A stretch of DNA of 56,577 nucleotides from a virus (lineage: Duplodnaviria > Caudoviricetes). Shown piece after piece: positions 8,248 to 17,216 of the stretch (position 1 is the first letter of the stretch; every line of letters begins with the position of its first letter). The stretch lies in IMG/VR virus record IMGVR_UViG_3300046786_000614, positions 1-56,577 of that record. The stretch is one strand, 5' to 3'. The notes below the pieces were generated by a model, which saw nothing but the letters and a program-made list of their open reading frames with translations, was not told the origin of the DNA and searched no databases. The translations under genes and the position numbers were made by a program.

Positions 8248-8480
8248 CCCACGAATTGGACCCGCAGTGCCCGGAGACTGTGCGACCTGAAAATGTCGGT
8301 TGCGAGGCCAGCTTTATTCCGCTCCTGTTCTCGGCCGGGTTTGGCTCCGACGCCAAAATGGAGCAAGACCTAGCCCGATTCTTCGATGGTCCCCTCCCCG
8401 AAGTCGGCGATGCGGTCGAGCTTGTCTGCTACGAGCGCACCCCTGGCAATGTAATGATGAAGTGGCGGGTGCGGAAATGA
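8244..8480 (+). CDS. Hypothetical protein
   Basis: ATGA overlaps on both sides. Confidence 0.55.
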   Translation: MTHELDPQCPETVRPENVGCEASFIPLLFSAGFGSDAKMEQDLARFFDGPLPEVGDAVELVCYERTPGNVMMKWRVRK

Positions 8481-9100
8481 CCCGAGAACTGATCGCCCAG
8501 GCGGAGGCGCCTGATTGGTTGCACCTAAAGCCATTTGGCTACGCTCCCGGCAACTACATGGGCGGATGTCAGGCGTGCAAGACCATGATGTACAACGTCG
8601 ACAAGCGCGCCATCACTTGCCGCCCGTGCGCGGAGAAAGCGTTTGCCGCAGCCATGCAACCCGCCGAGGCGGTGGCTCATATTGTTTCGTCTGGACGCGC
8701 GGGTATGCCATTACTCCAATGGATGAGCGCAGACCATTCATTCCGCGCGCCAATTGGCACAAAACTCTACGCCCATCCAGACCCGCAAATCGCCGCGCTG
8801 GAAGCCGACCTTGTAACCGCGCAGCAAAACGAAAGCATCGAGCAAGGGATGCGGAAGGAATGCGAGGCCGCCATCGCCCAACTCGCTGCCGACCTCGCCG
8901 CCGCGCAGGCAGAACGCGACGACGCCAACAAAGAATGCGGCTATCGCATCAAGGAGCGCGACGAAGCAAGGGCCGCGCTTGCGGAGGCGGTGGCGGAATT
9001 TGAACAAGCATTGTCTGTTGCCTGCATGTTGGCGGAAATTTCTGATAGCAAATACGAAAGCCTGATGATCTATTTTCGCAAAGCCAGAGGTGCCGCATGA
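8477..9100 (+). CDS. Hypothetical protein (Zn-ribbon plus coiled coil)
   Basis: GYAPGNY..C..C...DKRAITCRPC followed by a heptad-rich tail. Confidence 0.6.
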   Translation: MTRELIAQAEAPDWLHLKPFGYAPGNYMGGCQACKTMMYNVDKRAITCRPCAEKAFAAAMQPAEAVAHIVSSGRAGMPLLQWMSADHSFRAPIGTKLYAHPDPQIAALEADLVTAQQNESIEQGMRKECEAAIAQLAADLAAAQAERDDANKECGYRIKERDEARAALAEAVAEFEQALSVACMLAEISDSKYESLMIYFRKARGAA

Positions 9101-9232
9101 TCTACACCTATCAACGCATGTCAGGCCAAGGGCTGCGGTGGGACATTTTCCAAAGCACGCGGAAGATTGCTATTTGCTGGTCTGAGGACGATGCGAAATT
9201 GATTTGCAAGGCGCTCAATGGAGGTGCCGCCC

Positions 9233-9562
9233 ATGACTGACATCAACCACGCCGAACTGTCTAAGCAACTGGCGCTGGCGTTGGGCTATTTCCCGGAAAG
9301 TGTGCGGGTCGCGCCGTCAACGTATTGCGCTGTATACCGAAATTGCTACGGACAAGAGCGGTGGGAGGAACTCGACTACCGCGACCCGACCGTATGCCTG
9401 CCGCTGATCGAGTGGCTTGGTAGTGAGCATCGAATCTTCTTCTGGTGGTGCGGACCTACGGATCAATTTGGACCGCGCTGGTCCTCCAGCAGGTGCGACA
9501 TTTCAGACACCCTCGCAGAAGCGGTGGCTCGGGCGGTTATTGCGGTGAAGGGAGGTGGGTGA
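9233..9562 (+). CDS. Hypothetical phage protein (NinX-like ending)
   Basis: GGAGG RBS; ...PLIEWL...AEAVARAVIAVK. Confidence 0.55.
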   Translation: MTDINHAELSKQLALALGYFPESVRVAPSTYCAVYRNCYGQERWEELDYRDPTVCLPLIEWLGSEHRIFFWWCGPTDQFGPRWSSSRCDISDTLAEAVARAVIAVKGGG

Positions 9563-9680
9563 TGGGTAGCGGACCGATTGACAATTCAGCGGGCTATAAG
9601 ATCGTATGGGTAAACGGCGCGCCCTACGTTCTGCGTTTCTACTTTCCGAACAACGGACCGTACTACCAAGGGACCGCGTC

Positions 9681-10022
9681 ATGACCGCCACCCACCTATT
9701 CCGAGGCAACGACAAGGGCGAAATCCTCGACGCATCCGGCAAGGTTGTGGGGCGGATTGTGCCGGTTGAATTGCCTACGCAAACCTCTGATGCCATCCGC
9801 GAAGCGTCCGACAGTTACCCATACAAACCGTTTCCAGACGGGGAAAAATTGGGCTACATGCAGGTTTCAATTATTCACCGGACCATGCTATCCGCCGCCC
9901 CCACCGACTGGTCAGGCGTGGCGGTGCAGGTGCCGGAGAGGAGAACGCCTATGCGCTTTGATCGCGGGTGCGACGATCAGGGATGGAACGCAGTACTCGA
10001 CGCGATTGGGGTGAAGGGATGA
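9681..10022 (+). CDS. Hypothetical phage protein
   Basis: VPVE...MLSAAP...GWNAVLDAI motifs typical of small early phage proteins. Confidence 0.55.
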   Translation: MTATHLFRGNDKGEILDASGKVVGRIVPVELPTQTSDAIREASDSYPYKPFPDGEKLGYMQVSIIHRTMLSAAPTDWSGVAVQVPERRTPMRFDRGCDDQGWNAVLDAIGVKG

Positions 10023-11112
10023 TCCGTTGCAAAACTTGTGTAATGCCGGATACCCGGCCCGACACCCCGTTCTACGACGGCGAGTGTGCTGCTTGCATAA
10101 GCTTCAAAGCCCGCCAGCAGATCACCCCAGAGGAGTGGATCCGGCGAGAGCAAGCGCTCAAAGACCTGCTGGACAGGCATGATGGCCGGGTGCTGGTGCC
10201 AAGCTCGGGCGGCAAGGACAGCCACTACCAGGTAAAGCGCATGCTGGACCTGGGCGCCGAGGTAACGGTGGTCACGGCAACCACCTGCCACCTGACCGAG
10301 ATCGGCCGCAAGAACATCGACAACCTGGCGCGCTACGCCCACCAGACGATTGAGGTGACGCCGAACAAGGAAGTGCGCAAGAAGTTGAACCGCGCCGGCC
10401 TCGAGAAGGTGGGCGACATCAGCTGGCCTGAGCACGTCGCGATCTTCACGCTTCCATTCAACGTGGCGGCCCAGACCGGCCACACCCTGATGATGTACGG
10501 CGAGAACCCCCAGCAGGAGTACGGCGGCCCGCCCGGCAAGGACCAGGCCCTGCAGCTGACCCGCCGCTGGGTAACTGAGTTCGGTGGCCAGCTGGGCCTG
10601 CGGCCGGCAGACCTGGTTGGATACGACGGCATTACCTGGCGCAACATGGAGCCTTACTGCATATCTGAGGAGGTGGGGAGCCTTGGTATTGAGGCCCACT
10701 TCCTGGGCGCCTATGAGTGGTGGGACAGCCGGGCAAATTGGACGGTGGCCGGCGAGATGGGGATGGAATTTAACGAGTATAGAGTGCCAACCAGAGCTAA
10801 CTGGTGGTACGCCGAGAACCTGGACAACGTCCAGACCGGGCTGCACGACCACATGATGTACCGCAAGTACGGCTTTGGCCGCGGCTGTCAGCAGATCAGC
10901 GTCGACGTGCGGAACGGGTTCGCGCGCCAGTCCGCGCTGGAGTGGGTAGAATCTTGGGACGGCATCTTTCCATGGAGATACTGCAAGGTGCCCTTCGGTG
11001 AGATGCTGCGCCAGGCCGGCATCAACCCAGACGAAGCATGGAAGTGGATAGACCAGTTCACCAACTGGGACCTGTTCCATGGCGAAGTGGTCGACGGACG
11101 CCCCATTCTCAA

Positions 11113-11116
<4 letters not shown>
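10019..11116 (+). CDS. N-acetyl sugar amidotransferase (WbuX/PseA/WbpG-like, PP-loop)
   Basis: RCKTCVMPDTRPD...C..C, SGGKDSHYQ, YGENPQQEYGG, ENLDN, HDHMMYRKYGFGR. Confidence 0.88.
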
Positions 11117-11822
<706 letters not shown>

Positions 11823-11826
<4 letters not shown>

Positions 11827-12137
11827 GCCTATTTCAATGCGAACGCTGTGGCTGCTGCGAGAACACCGCGCTGGCCTGCCAAGGGTGTGATGGGTACGCC
11901 GTCACTTTCTTTGACTGGACCGGCATCGAGGACCGCAAGGGTAAGAAGCTGTGCAGTGCGTGCGCGCCCACTGAATATGCAGATGGCGGACTGACTCAGT
12001 ACGGCAAGTGGCACGGTCAGTTCCCGCGTGTGTTCCTGCCAATGGGCATGTTCCATACCAACCACGAAGGCAACCTCGCGCACAAGGAAACCGGCGACAC
12101 GGACTTCCGTAAGTACGCAATAGAGGCCCCACAATGA
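11823..12137 (+). CDS. Cys-rich hypothetical phage protein
   Basis: MSLFQCERCGCCENTAL...LCSAC...GKWHGQF. Confidence 0.65.
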
Positions 12138-12598
12138 AACTGTACAACGTCAAGGAATGCCAGGGCGAGGCCATCGAGATCCTGTGGCAGCTGCTGTGCG
12201 AGCGCCCCGACTACGCCAACATCAGCCACGATGGCAAGCCCGACCGCAACAAGCACGTGAGCTTTGTGATGGCGCACCCGTACCGGGAGTGGTGCCTGAT
12301 CATGACCGACGTGGAGGATTCCGGCCCGAACAAGTGGCACCGTTGGGTGGGCGCGATCTACATCACCCACCAGAACGAGCTTGGCATTGCCATCCTGGAG
12401 CGGTGCCAGCGCAAAGGCTACGCCCGCCAGGCGATCGACCTGATGATGCAGCGCCACCCGCGCGATTACTACCTGGCCAACGTCGCGCCGGGCAACCACC
12501 CCAGCCACCGGCTGTGGGAAAGCTTCGAGAACCACGCCATTTGCCAAGTCACCTACCGCATAACCCGAGGAGAAGACCATGGAAGCCCCAACCCCTAA
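12134..12598 (+). CDS. GNAT N-acetyltransferase (candidate PseH equivalent)
   Basis: ELGIAIL..CQRKGYA (acetyl-CoA motif A), ANVAPGNHPSHRLW. Confidence 0.8.
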   Translation: MKLYNVKECQGEAIEILWQLLCERPDYANISHDGKPDRNKHVSFVMAHPYREWCLIMTDVEDSGPNKWHRWVGAIYITHQNELGIAILERCQRKGYARQAIDLMMQRHPRDYYLANVAPGNHPSHRLWESFENHAICQVTYRITRGEDHGSPNP

Positions 12599-13022
12599 GA
12601 CCCCCCACCCGCTGGCGCTGGAAGCCGCATCGACCCACGGCAAGGCTTTGTGCGCCGCGATCTGGGCGCTACGCCACAAGCTCAACGACATGACGGTCGA
12701 GATCCCGGTCGAGGAGATGGAGAAGTTCAGGAAGAGCCTGGACTACCACGAGCAGCAGGCAGTGCTCAGGTTCACACCTACCCACCGCGGCTTGTACATC
12801 AGCATGGTCGACGCCACCAGCAGCGCAGCCATTGTGCAAAGCGAAAGCGACGAGGATGACCAGCGCCAGAAGGACAAGCGCGCCGGCATCAAAGCCATGA
12901 TCGAGAGCATCCCGCAGCTGATTGCCGAGCACCGCGGCATGCTGGCCACAGGAGCGGACAGCGAGACCCTGGTGCGGGAGATCCATGAAGCAGCCCTTGC
13001 GGCTTACCAGGCGGCCCGCTGA
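12579..13022 (+). CDS. Hypothetical protein
   Basis: GAGGAG RBS; phage codon usage. Confidence 0.65.
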   Translation: MEAPTPKTPHPLALEAASTHGKALCAAIWALRHKLNDMTVEIPVEEMEKFRKSLDYHEQQAVLRFTPTHRGLYISMVDATSSAAIVQSESDEDDQRQKDKRAGIKAMIESIPQLIAEHRGMLATGADSETLVREIHEAALAAYQAAR

Positions 13023-13492
13023 TGACCACGATCGCATGGGACGGGCATACCCTGGCGGCCGACCGTGGCAGCTGGTCAGGCAACATGCAGACGGAAGTTT
13101 GCAAACTGTTCGTGTTCAAGGACGGAGAGATCGGCCGCAAAGGATTCCCGCCTGGCGGCTGGGCCAGCACAGGAGACTGGGCATTCAATCATGCTTTTGC
13201 GCAGTGGTTGAGGGACGATAGTGTTTCATTCCCGCTGCTGTGCAAGGACGCCAGCCCAGACCATAGCATTGGCATCTGGGTGACAAACGACGGGCAGGTT
13301 TTTCGAGCGCACGTACGAGGCATCCTGACCCCCGTCATGGGCAAAATCGCAGCAGGCGGCGCCGGGCAAATGTTTGCCCTTGGCGTGCTGGCCATGGGAG
13401 GCACTGCTGAGCGCGCCATCAGCCTTGCCGCGGTGCACACCGATGCTGCCGCATTTGGTGTCGACACATGGAGCCCATCATGCTCCCGATGA
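13022..13492 (+). CDS. Ntn-hydrolase (HslV/proteasome beta-like) phage protein
   Basis: N-terminal MTTIAWDG.TLAAD; A.G.G..FALG...G.TAERAI..A...D. Confidence 0.7.
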   Translation: MTTIAWDGHTLAADRGSWSGNMQTEVCKLFVFKDGEIGRKGFPPGGWASTGDWAFNHAFAQWLRDDSVSFPLLCKDASPDHSIGIWVTNDGQVFRAHVRGILTPVMGKIAAGGAGQMFALGVLAMGGTAERAISLAAVHTDAAAFGVDTWSPSCSR

Positions 13493-14481
13493 TCGTGGCT
13501 GAGCTGTCAGCCAACGCAGCCGTCGGCAACCTCGACATGGCCCTGCGCACGGTGGAGGCGGCCAAGAAAGCGGGAGCGGACGCAATCAAGCTGCAGACCT
13601 GGACACCGGGCACCATGGCGATCGACGGCAACTACCGCATCCAGCATGGGGCCTGGAAGGGCAAGCAGCTGGCCAGCCTGTACCAGGAGGCCCATACCCC
13701 ATGGGAGTGGCACAAGCCACTGTTTGAGCGCGCGCGCGAGCTCGGCATGCTGGCCTTCTCCACGCCCTTCGACAAGCGTGCCGTGGACTTTCTGCAAATA
13801 TTGGATTGTAGTCACTACAAGGTGGCCAGCTTCGAGATCACCGACCTGCCGCTGATCCGCTACATCGCCAGCACTGGCAAGCCGATCATCATCAGCACCG
13901 GCATGGCAACCAGCGAAGAGATCCGCCATGCGGTAGAGGCGGCACGCTTCAGGGCCAACCTGGACGTCACCCTGCTCAAGTGCACCAGCGCCTACCCAGC
14001 GCCGCCGGAAGAGGCCAACCTGCGTTCCATGACCCAGCCCGCCTGGTACCTCAAGACCGCCTTCGGATTGTCCGACCATACAGTGACCGATGGTGCGGCA
14101 TGCGTGGCAGCGCACATGGGCGCCACCATGATCGAGAAGCACTTCACCCTGAGCAGGCTGAACGGCGGGCCGGATGCAAACTTCAGCCTCGAGCCGCCAG
14201 CCTTCGCTCGGTTTGTGGCCAATGTCAGGGCAGCCGCGGTGGCCGGCGGACGCATTGCCTATGGACCCAGCGAGTCGGAGAGCACCGAACTGCGCCGCGG
14301 TGCGTACTGGGCAACCGACCTGCCAGCAGGCCACGTGGTGACCGAGCAGGACCTAGTGACCGCAAGGCCGGAGACAGCCCTGTCAATCAGGGAGTTTGAA
14401 ACCTGCGTGGCTGGCAGGGAACTGACGCATCCTGTGAAGGCCAAGTCGGCCATTCACCTTGGGGTTGTGGCTTCCGTTTGA
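13468..14481 (+). CDS. pseI: Nonulosonic acid synthase, PseI/NeuB-like, with C-terminal SAF domain
   Basis: IVAELSAN, GADAIKLQT, AHTPWEWH, FSTPFD, KVASFE, STGMA, LLKCTSAYP, GLSDHT, IEKHFT, GGPD..FSLEP; start could be 13480 or 13489. Confidence 0.92.
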   Translation: MEPIMLPMIVAELSANAAVGNLDMALRTVEAAKKAGADAIKLQTWTPGTMAIDGNYRIQHGAWKGKQLASLYQEAHTPWEWHKPLFERARELGMLAFSTPFDKRAVDFLQILDCSHYKVASFEITDLPLIRYIASTGKPIIISTGMATSEEIRHAVEAARFRANLDVTLLKCTSAYPAPPEEANLRSMTQPAWYLKTAFGLSDHTVTDGAACVAAHMGATMIEKHFTLSRLNGGPDANFSLEPPAFARFVANVRAAAVAGGRIAYGPSESESTELRRGAYWATDLPAGHVVTEQDLVTARPETALSIREFETCVAGRELTHPVKAKSAIHLGVVASV

Positions 14482-14541
14482 TTGAATGTTTGATTAGAAT
14501 CAAACGCCGTTCCCCGCTTTGATTAAATCAAAGGAATCAAA
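14477..14541. repeat. TTTGATT/AATCAAA repeat cluster
   Basis: Three TTTGATT and three AATCAAA copies in 65 nt, forming two palindromes just before the TerS start. Confidence 0.8.
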
Positions 14542-15050
14542 TGCCGAGAGGTGGCTTTCGACCTGGCGCTGGGCGCAAGCGTATTGTTGGGGAAGCTGGT
14601 GCGGCGCAGATAAAGCCGAAGAAGCCGGCCAGTGAGGCCGGAAAGAAGCGTGCTGAACGGCTGAATGCGGATCGAAGGGCAAGCCCGGGTGCCGGGGCCA
14701 TTGGTGCGGCGACAATAAAGCGCGCCAAGCCACCGCCCGGGACTGTAATAGACCAGATCGTTCACGAGCTCAAGCGGCCAGACGAGACCCCCCTGCAGTA
14801 CATGCTCAGGATCATGCGGGATCCGCTCCAGCCCAACGAGCGCCGCGATATGATGGCCATCAAAGCTGCCAGTTACCTACACCCCAGGCTGACCGGCGTT
14901 GCATTTGAAATGGCGCCCAGGCCGGAGATGCAGATTGGCGATTACAAGAAGCCAGAGCTTGAAGGCGAGCAGAGCAACAACCTCGAGATCGCGCGCCGGA
15001 TAGCCTTTGCCCTTGCAATGGGGGCAGCAAAGGCCAAGGAAGCGGCCTAG
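14541..15050 (+). CDS. Terminase small subunit (putative)
   Basis: MPRGGFRPGAGRK N-terminus, TPLQYML..MRD...A..AA.YLHPRL; position at the start of the packaging module. Confidence 0.7.
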   Translation: MPRGGFRPGAGRKRIVGEAGAAQIKPKKPASEAGKKRAERLNADRRASPGAGAIGAATIKRAKPPPGTVIDQIVHELKRPDETPLQYMLRIMRDPLQPNERRDMMAIKAASYLHPRLTGVAFEMAPRPEMQIGDYKKPELEGEQSNNLEIARRIAFALAMGAAKAKEAA

Positions 15051-15079
15051 TTGCCCAACCCGGTGGGCGGTGCTACTAT
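15051..15079 (+). promoter_or_regulatory. sigma70-like promoter
   Basis: TTGCCC-17 nt-TACTAT in the intergenic gap. Confidence 0.55.
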
Positions 15080-15108
15080 CGCGCGCATTCACCCGCCGGG
15101 AGTAGCAC

Positions 15109-15417
15109 ATGGCACTTGACCAGCCCATGGTCTCGATGAAGCGGTCCAAAGAGGACAAGCGCGCCGACAAGCTGTCGCATGCCCCAATGGAAGCGATGGA
15201 GGCCGACTACCCGTATGGTCTGTGCATCCACATGGACGGTGACGAGATGGACAAGCTCGACATCAAGACTATGCCGAAGGTGGGCGACGAGATGATCCTG
15301 GTGTGCAAGTGCAAGGTAACGCGCACCGCGCAGAGCGCCAGCGAGTACACCAAGGGTGAAGACACCCGATCCATTGATCTCCAGATAACCGAAATCGGTT
15401 GGGAGGAAGAAGCATGA
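15109..15417 (+). CDS. Capsid staple/cement protein (epsilon15 gp10-like)
   Basis: DYPYGLCI...KL...P.VG.E...RSIDLQITEI pattern. Confidence 0.7.
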   Translation: MALDQPMVSMKRSKEDKRADKLSHAPMEAMEADYPYGLCIHMDGDEMDKLDIKTMPKVGDEMILVCKCKVTRTAQSASEYTKGEDTRSIDLQITEIGWEEEA

Positions 15418-15776
15418 GACCCATCGGCGGATTTGTAAGTCCGGACGAATACCCGGCCTGGCCTGACTACATCAACACGGTGCTGCCCACCAGCGCTGGC
15501 AGCGTGGCGACTTTCGACTACCCAGCAGCCAGCACCGTGGCCTCGAGCGCGCCGCAATACTGCGCGGTGGTGAGTCAGAACGCAAATGTGTGGTTCAACC
15601 CGACCTCGACCGGCGCCAACGTGCCCACCACCCCATCGCTTACCGGCCAGGCTGGCCAGACCCTGATTTCCAATGCGGTGCCATTCCGCACCCAGATACC
15701 GGCTGGCAGCACCGGCGGATCGGTGGCATTCCCCACCACCGCGGGCGGTGTCAGCATCCGATTCTGGAGAAAGTAG
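15414..15776 (+). CDS. Ser/Thr-rich putative virion decoration protein
   Basis: ATGA overlap; small beta-rich S/T/A/G/P composition; head module. Confidence 0.55.
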   Translation: MRPIGGFVSPDEYPAWPDYINTVLPTSAGSVATFDYPAASTVASSAPQYCAVVSQNANVWFNPTSTGANVPTTPSLTGQAGQTLISNAVPFRTQIPAGSTGGSVAFPTTAGGVSIRFWRK

Positions 15777-15881
15777 TAAGGCCAGGCCGCCGGCGCCGCG
15801 CCCGGCGGCCTGTTGAGGATGAGGAATGCGCGCATGTGCTACGGGCAACCGCCCGGATCTTGATCCTCGAAAGGAATCATC

Positions 15882-16343
15882 ATGCCAGATACCCTGTTCA
15901 ACGTACCGCTCTACCGCGAGCGGATCCGCACTTCCATCCACGGCAGCAGGCTCGCGCTGGATGATGACAACATGCTGGTCGGCCCTGCGGGCTTGAAGCG
16001 CCGCATCCAGACCATCAGCACCACGGTGCCCACCAGTGCCTACCCGCACGGGGTGACCCGCATTGCGGTGACCGGATCGAGCCAAGGGCCCACGCAGCAC
16101 ACCCTGGCAGCGCCCATCCCCGGCATCGAGGCCACCTTCATGCTGGCCAGCACCAGCACCGGCTCGGTTCAGTTCCTGACCACCGCTGCCGGCGCATCGA
16201 TCATCCCGGCCACGGTCGGCACCACGTTCGGTGTGCTGAACCTGATCGGCCCGGCGGGATCGGTAACCCTGGTAGGCGTGACCACCGCGCAGTGGGCAGT
16301 CAAGTCGGCAGTCGGTGCCTACACCTTCACCACCAGTACCTAA
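15882..16343 (+). CDS. Thr-rich putative virion decoration protein
   Basis: AAGGA RBS; about 25% Ser+Thr by hand count; C-terminal SVTLVGVTTAQWAV. Confidence 0.6.
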   Translation: MPDTLFNVPLYRERIRTSIHGSRLALDDDNMLVGPAGLKRRIQTISTTVPTSAYPHGVTRIAVTGSSQGPTQHTLAAPIPGIEATFMLASTSTGSVQFLTTAAGASIIPATVGTTFGVLNLIGPAGSVTLVGVTTAQWAVKSAVGAYTFTTST

Positions 16344-16376
16344 GCGGCCTCGCGCCGCGCTTCTGAGGAGGAGCGT

Positions 16377-17216
16377 ATGAAGATAGCAATCCTGGGCTCG
16401 GCCCCGAGCAGCATGGGCCTTGCCCCGTTCGGCGACCCGTCATGGCAGATCTGGGGTTGCAGCCCAGGCCTGTACGCCAACGCGCCGCGGGTGGACCAAT
16501 GGTTTGAACTGCACCGGTGGGAGCCGCCGGTGATCGGCAAGCCAGCCCAGCAGGTGCCTTGGTTCTCGCCGGAATATGTGGCCTGGATGGCGCAGCAGAA
16601 GAAGGTCTGGATGTACGCCGCGGTGCCTGAGATCCCGAACAGCGACGTGTTCCCGACCGAGGAACTCTGCCGCAAGTTTGGCAATTTCTTCATGACCAGC
16701 AGCATCGCATGGATGATGGCCATGGCGATCGACCAGATCATCCTCGAGCGCGATACCCGCACCACGCCGGCGGCGCCGGGCGACTTCGACTCCATTGGCC
16801 TGTTTGGCGTCGACATGGCAGCCAGTGAGGAATACGGGTACCAGCGCGCCGGGTGCCAGTACTTCATCCAGATGTGCATCAACCTGGGCATCGAGGTCCG
16901 GATTCCTCCTGAAAGCGACCTGCTGCGCCCCATGCCCATGTACGGCATCTGGGAGTCCAGCCACTTTGCCATCAAGATGACGGCTCGCAAGCGCGAATTG
17001 ACCACCAGGATGCAGCAGCATCAGGCGCAAGCGGCCGAGCACAGCAACCAGGCCTTGTTCCTGCGTGGCGCGCTGGACGATCTGGAATACATGATCCAGA
17101 CCTGGCATGAAGGCAAGGACGCGATACCCACCCATGTGGATATCTGGGCGCGCAGTCCGTACTTGAAAACGATGGATCCGCCGCCGAACATGCCGTTGAT
17201 CAATGAGCGCTCTTGA
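16377..17216 (+). CDS. Putative nonulosonic acid transferase (Maf/sialyltransferase-like Rossmann fold)
   Basis: KIAILGSAPSS N-terminal strand-loop, WGC, WFELH, SSIAWMMAMAI helix, IGLFGVDM; C-terminal coiled coil. Confidence 0.5.
   Translation: MKIAILGSAPSSMGLAPFGDPSWQIWGCSPGLYANAPRVDQWFELHRWEPPVIGKPAQQVPWFSPEYVAWMAQQKKVWMYAAVPEIPNSDVFPTEELCRKFGNFFMTSSIAWMMAMAIDQIILERDTRTTPAAPGDFDSIGLFGVDMAASEEYGYQRAGCQYFIQMCINLGIEVRIPPESDLLRPMPMYGIWESSHFAIKMTARKRELTTRMQQHQAQAAEHSNQALFLRGALDDLEYMIQTWHEGKDAIPTHVDIWARSPYLKTMDPPPNMPLINERS

Noticed and set aside
13022-13492. Ntn-hydrolase as the definite replacement glutaminase
   Set aside because: It has an N-terminal Thr rather than the Cys of class II glutamine amidotransferases, and MTTIAWDG-type proteins occur in phages generally; kept only as a remote candidate
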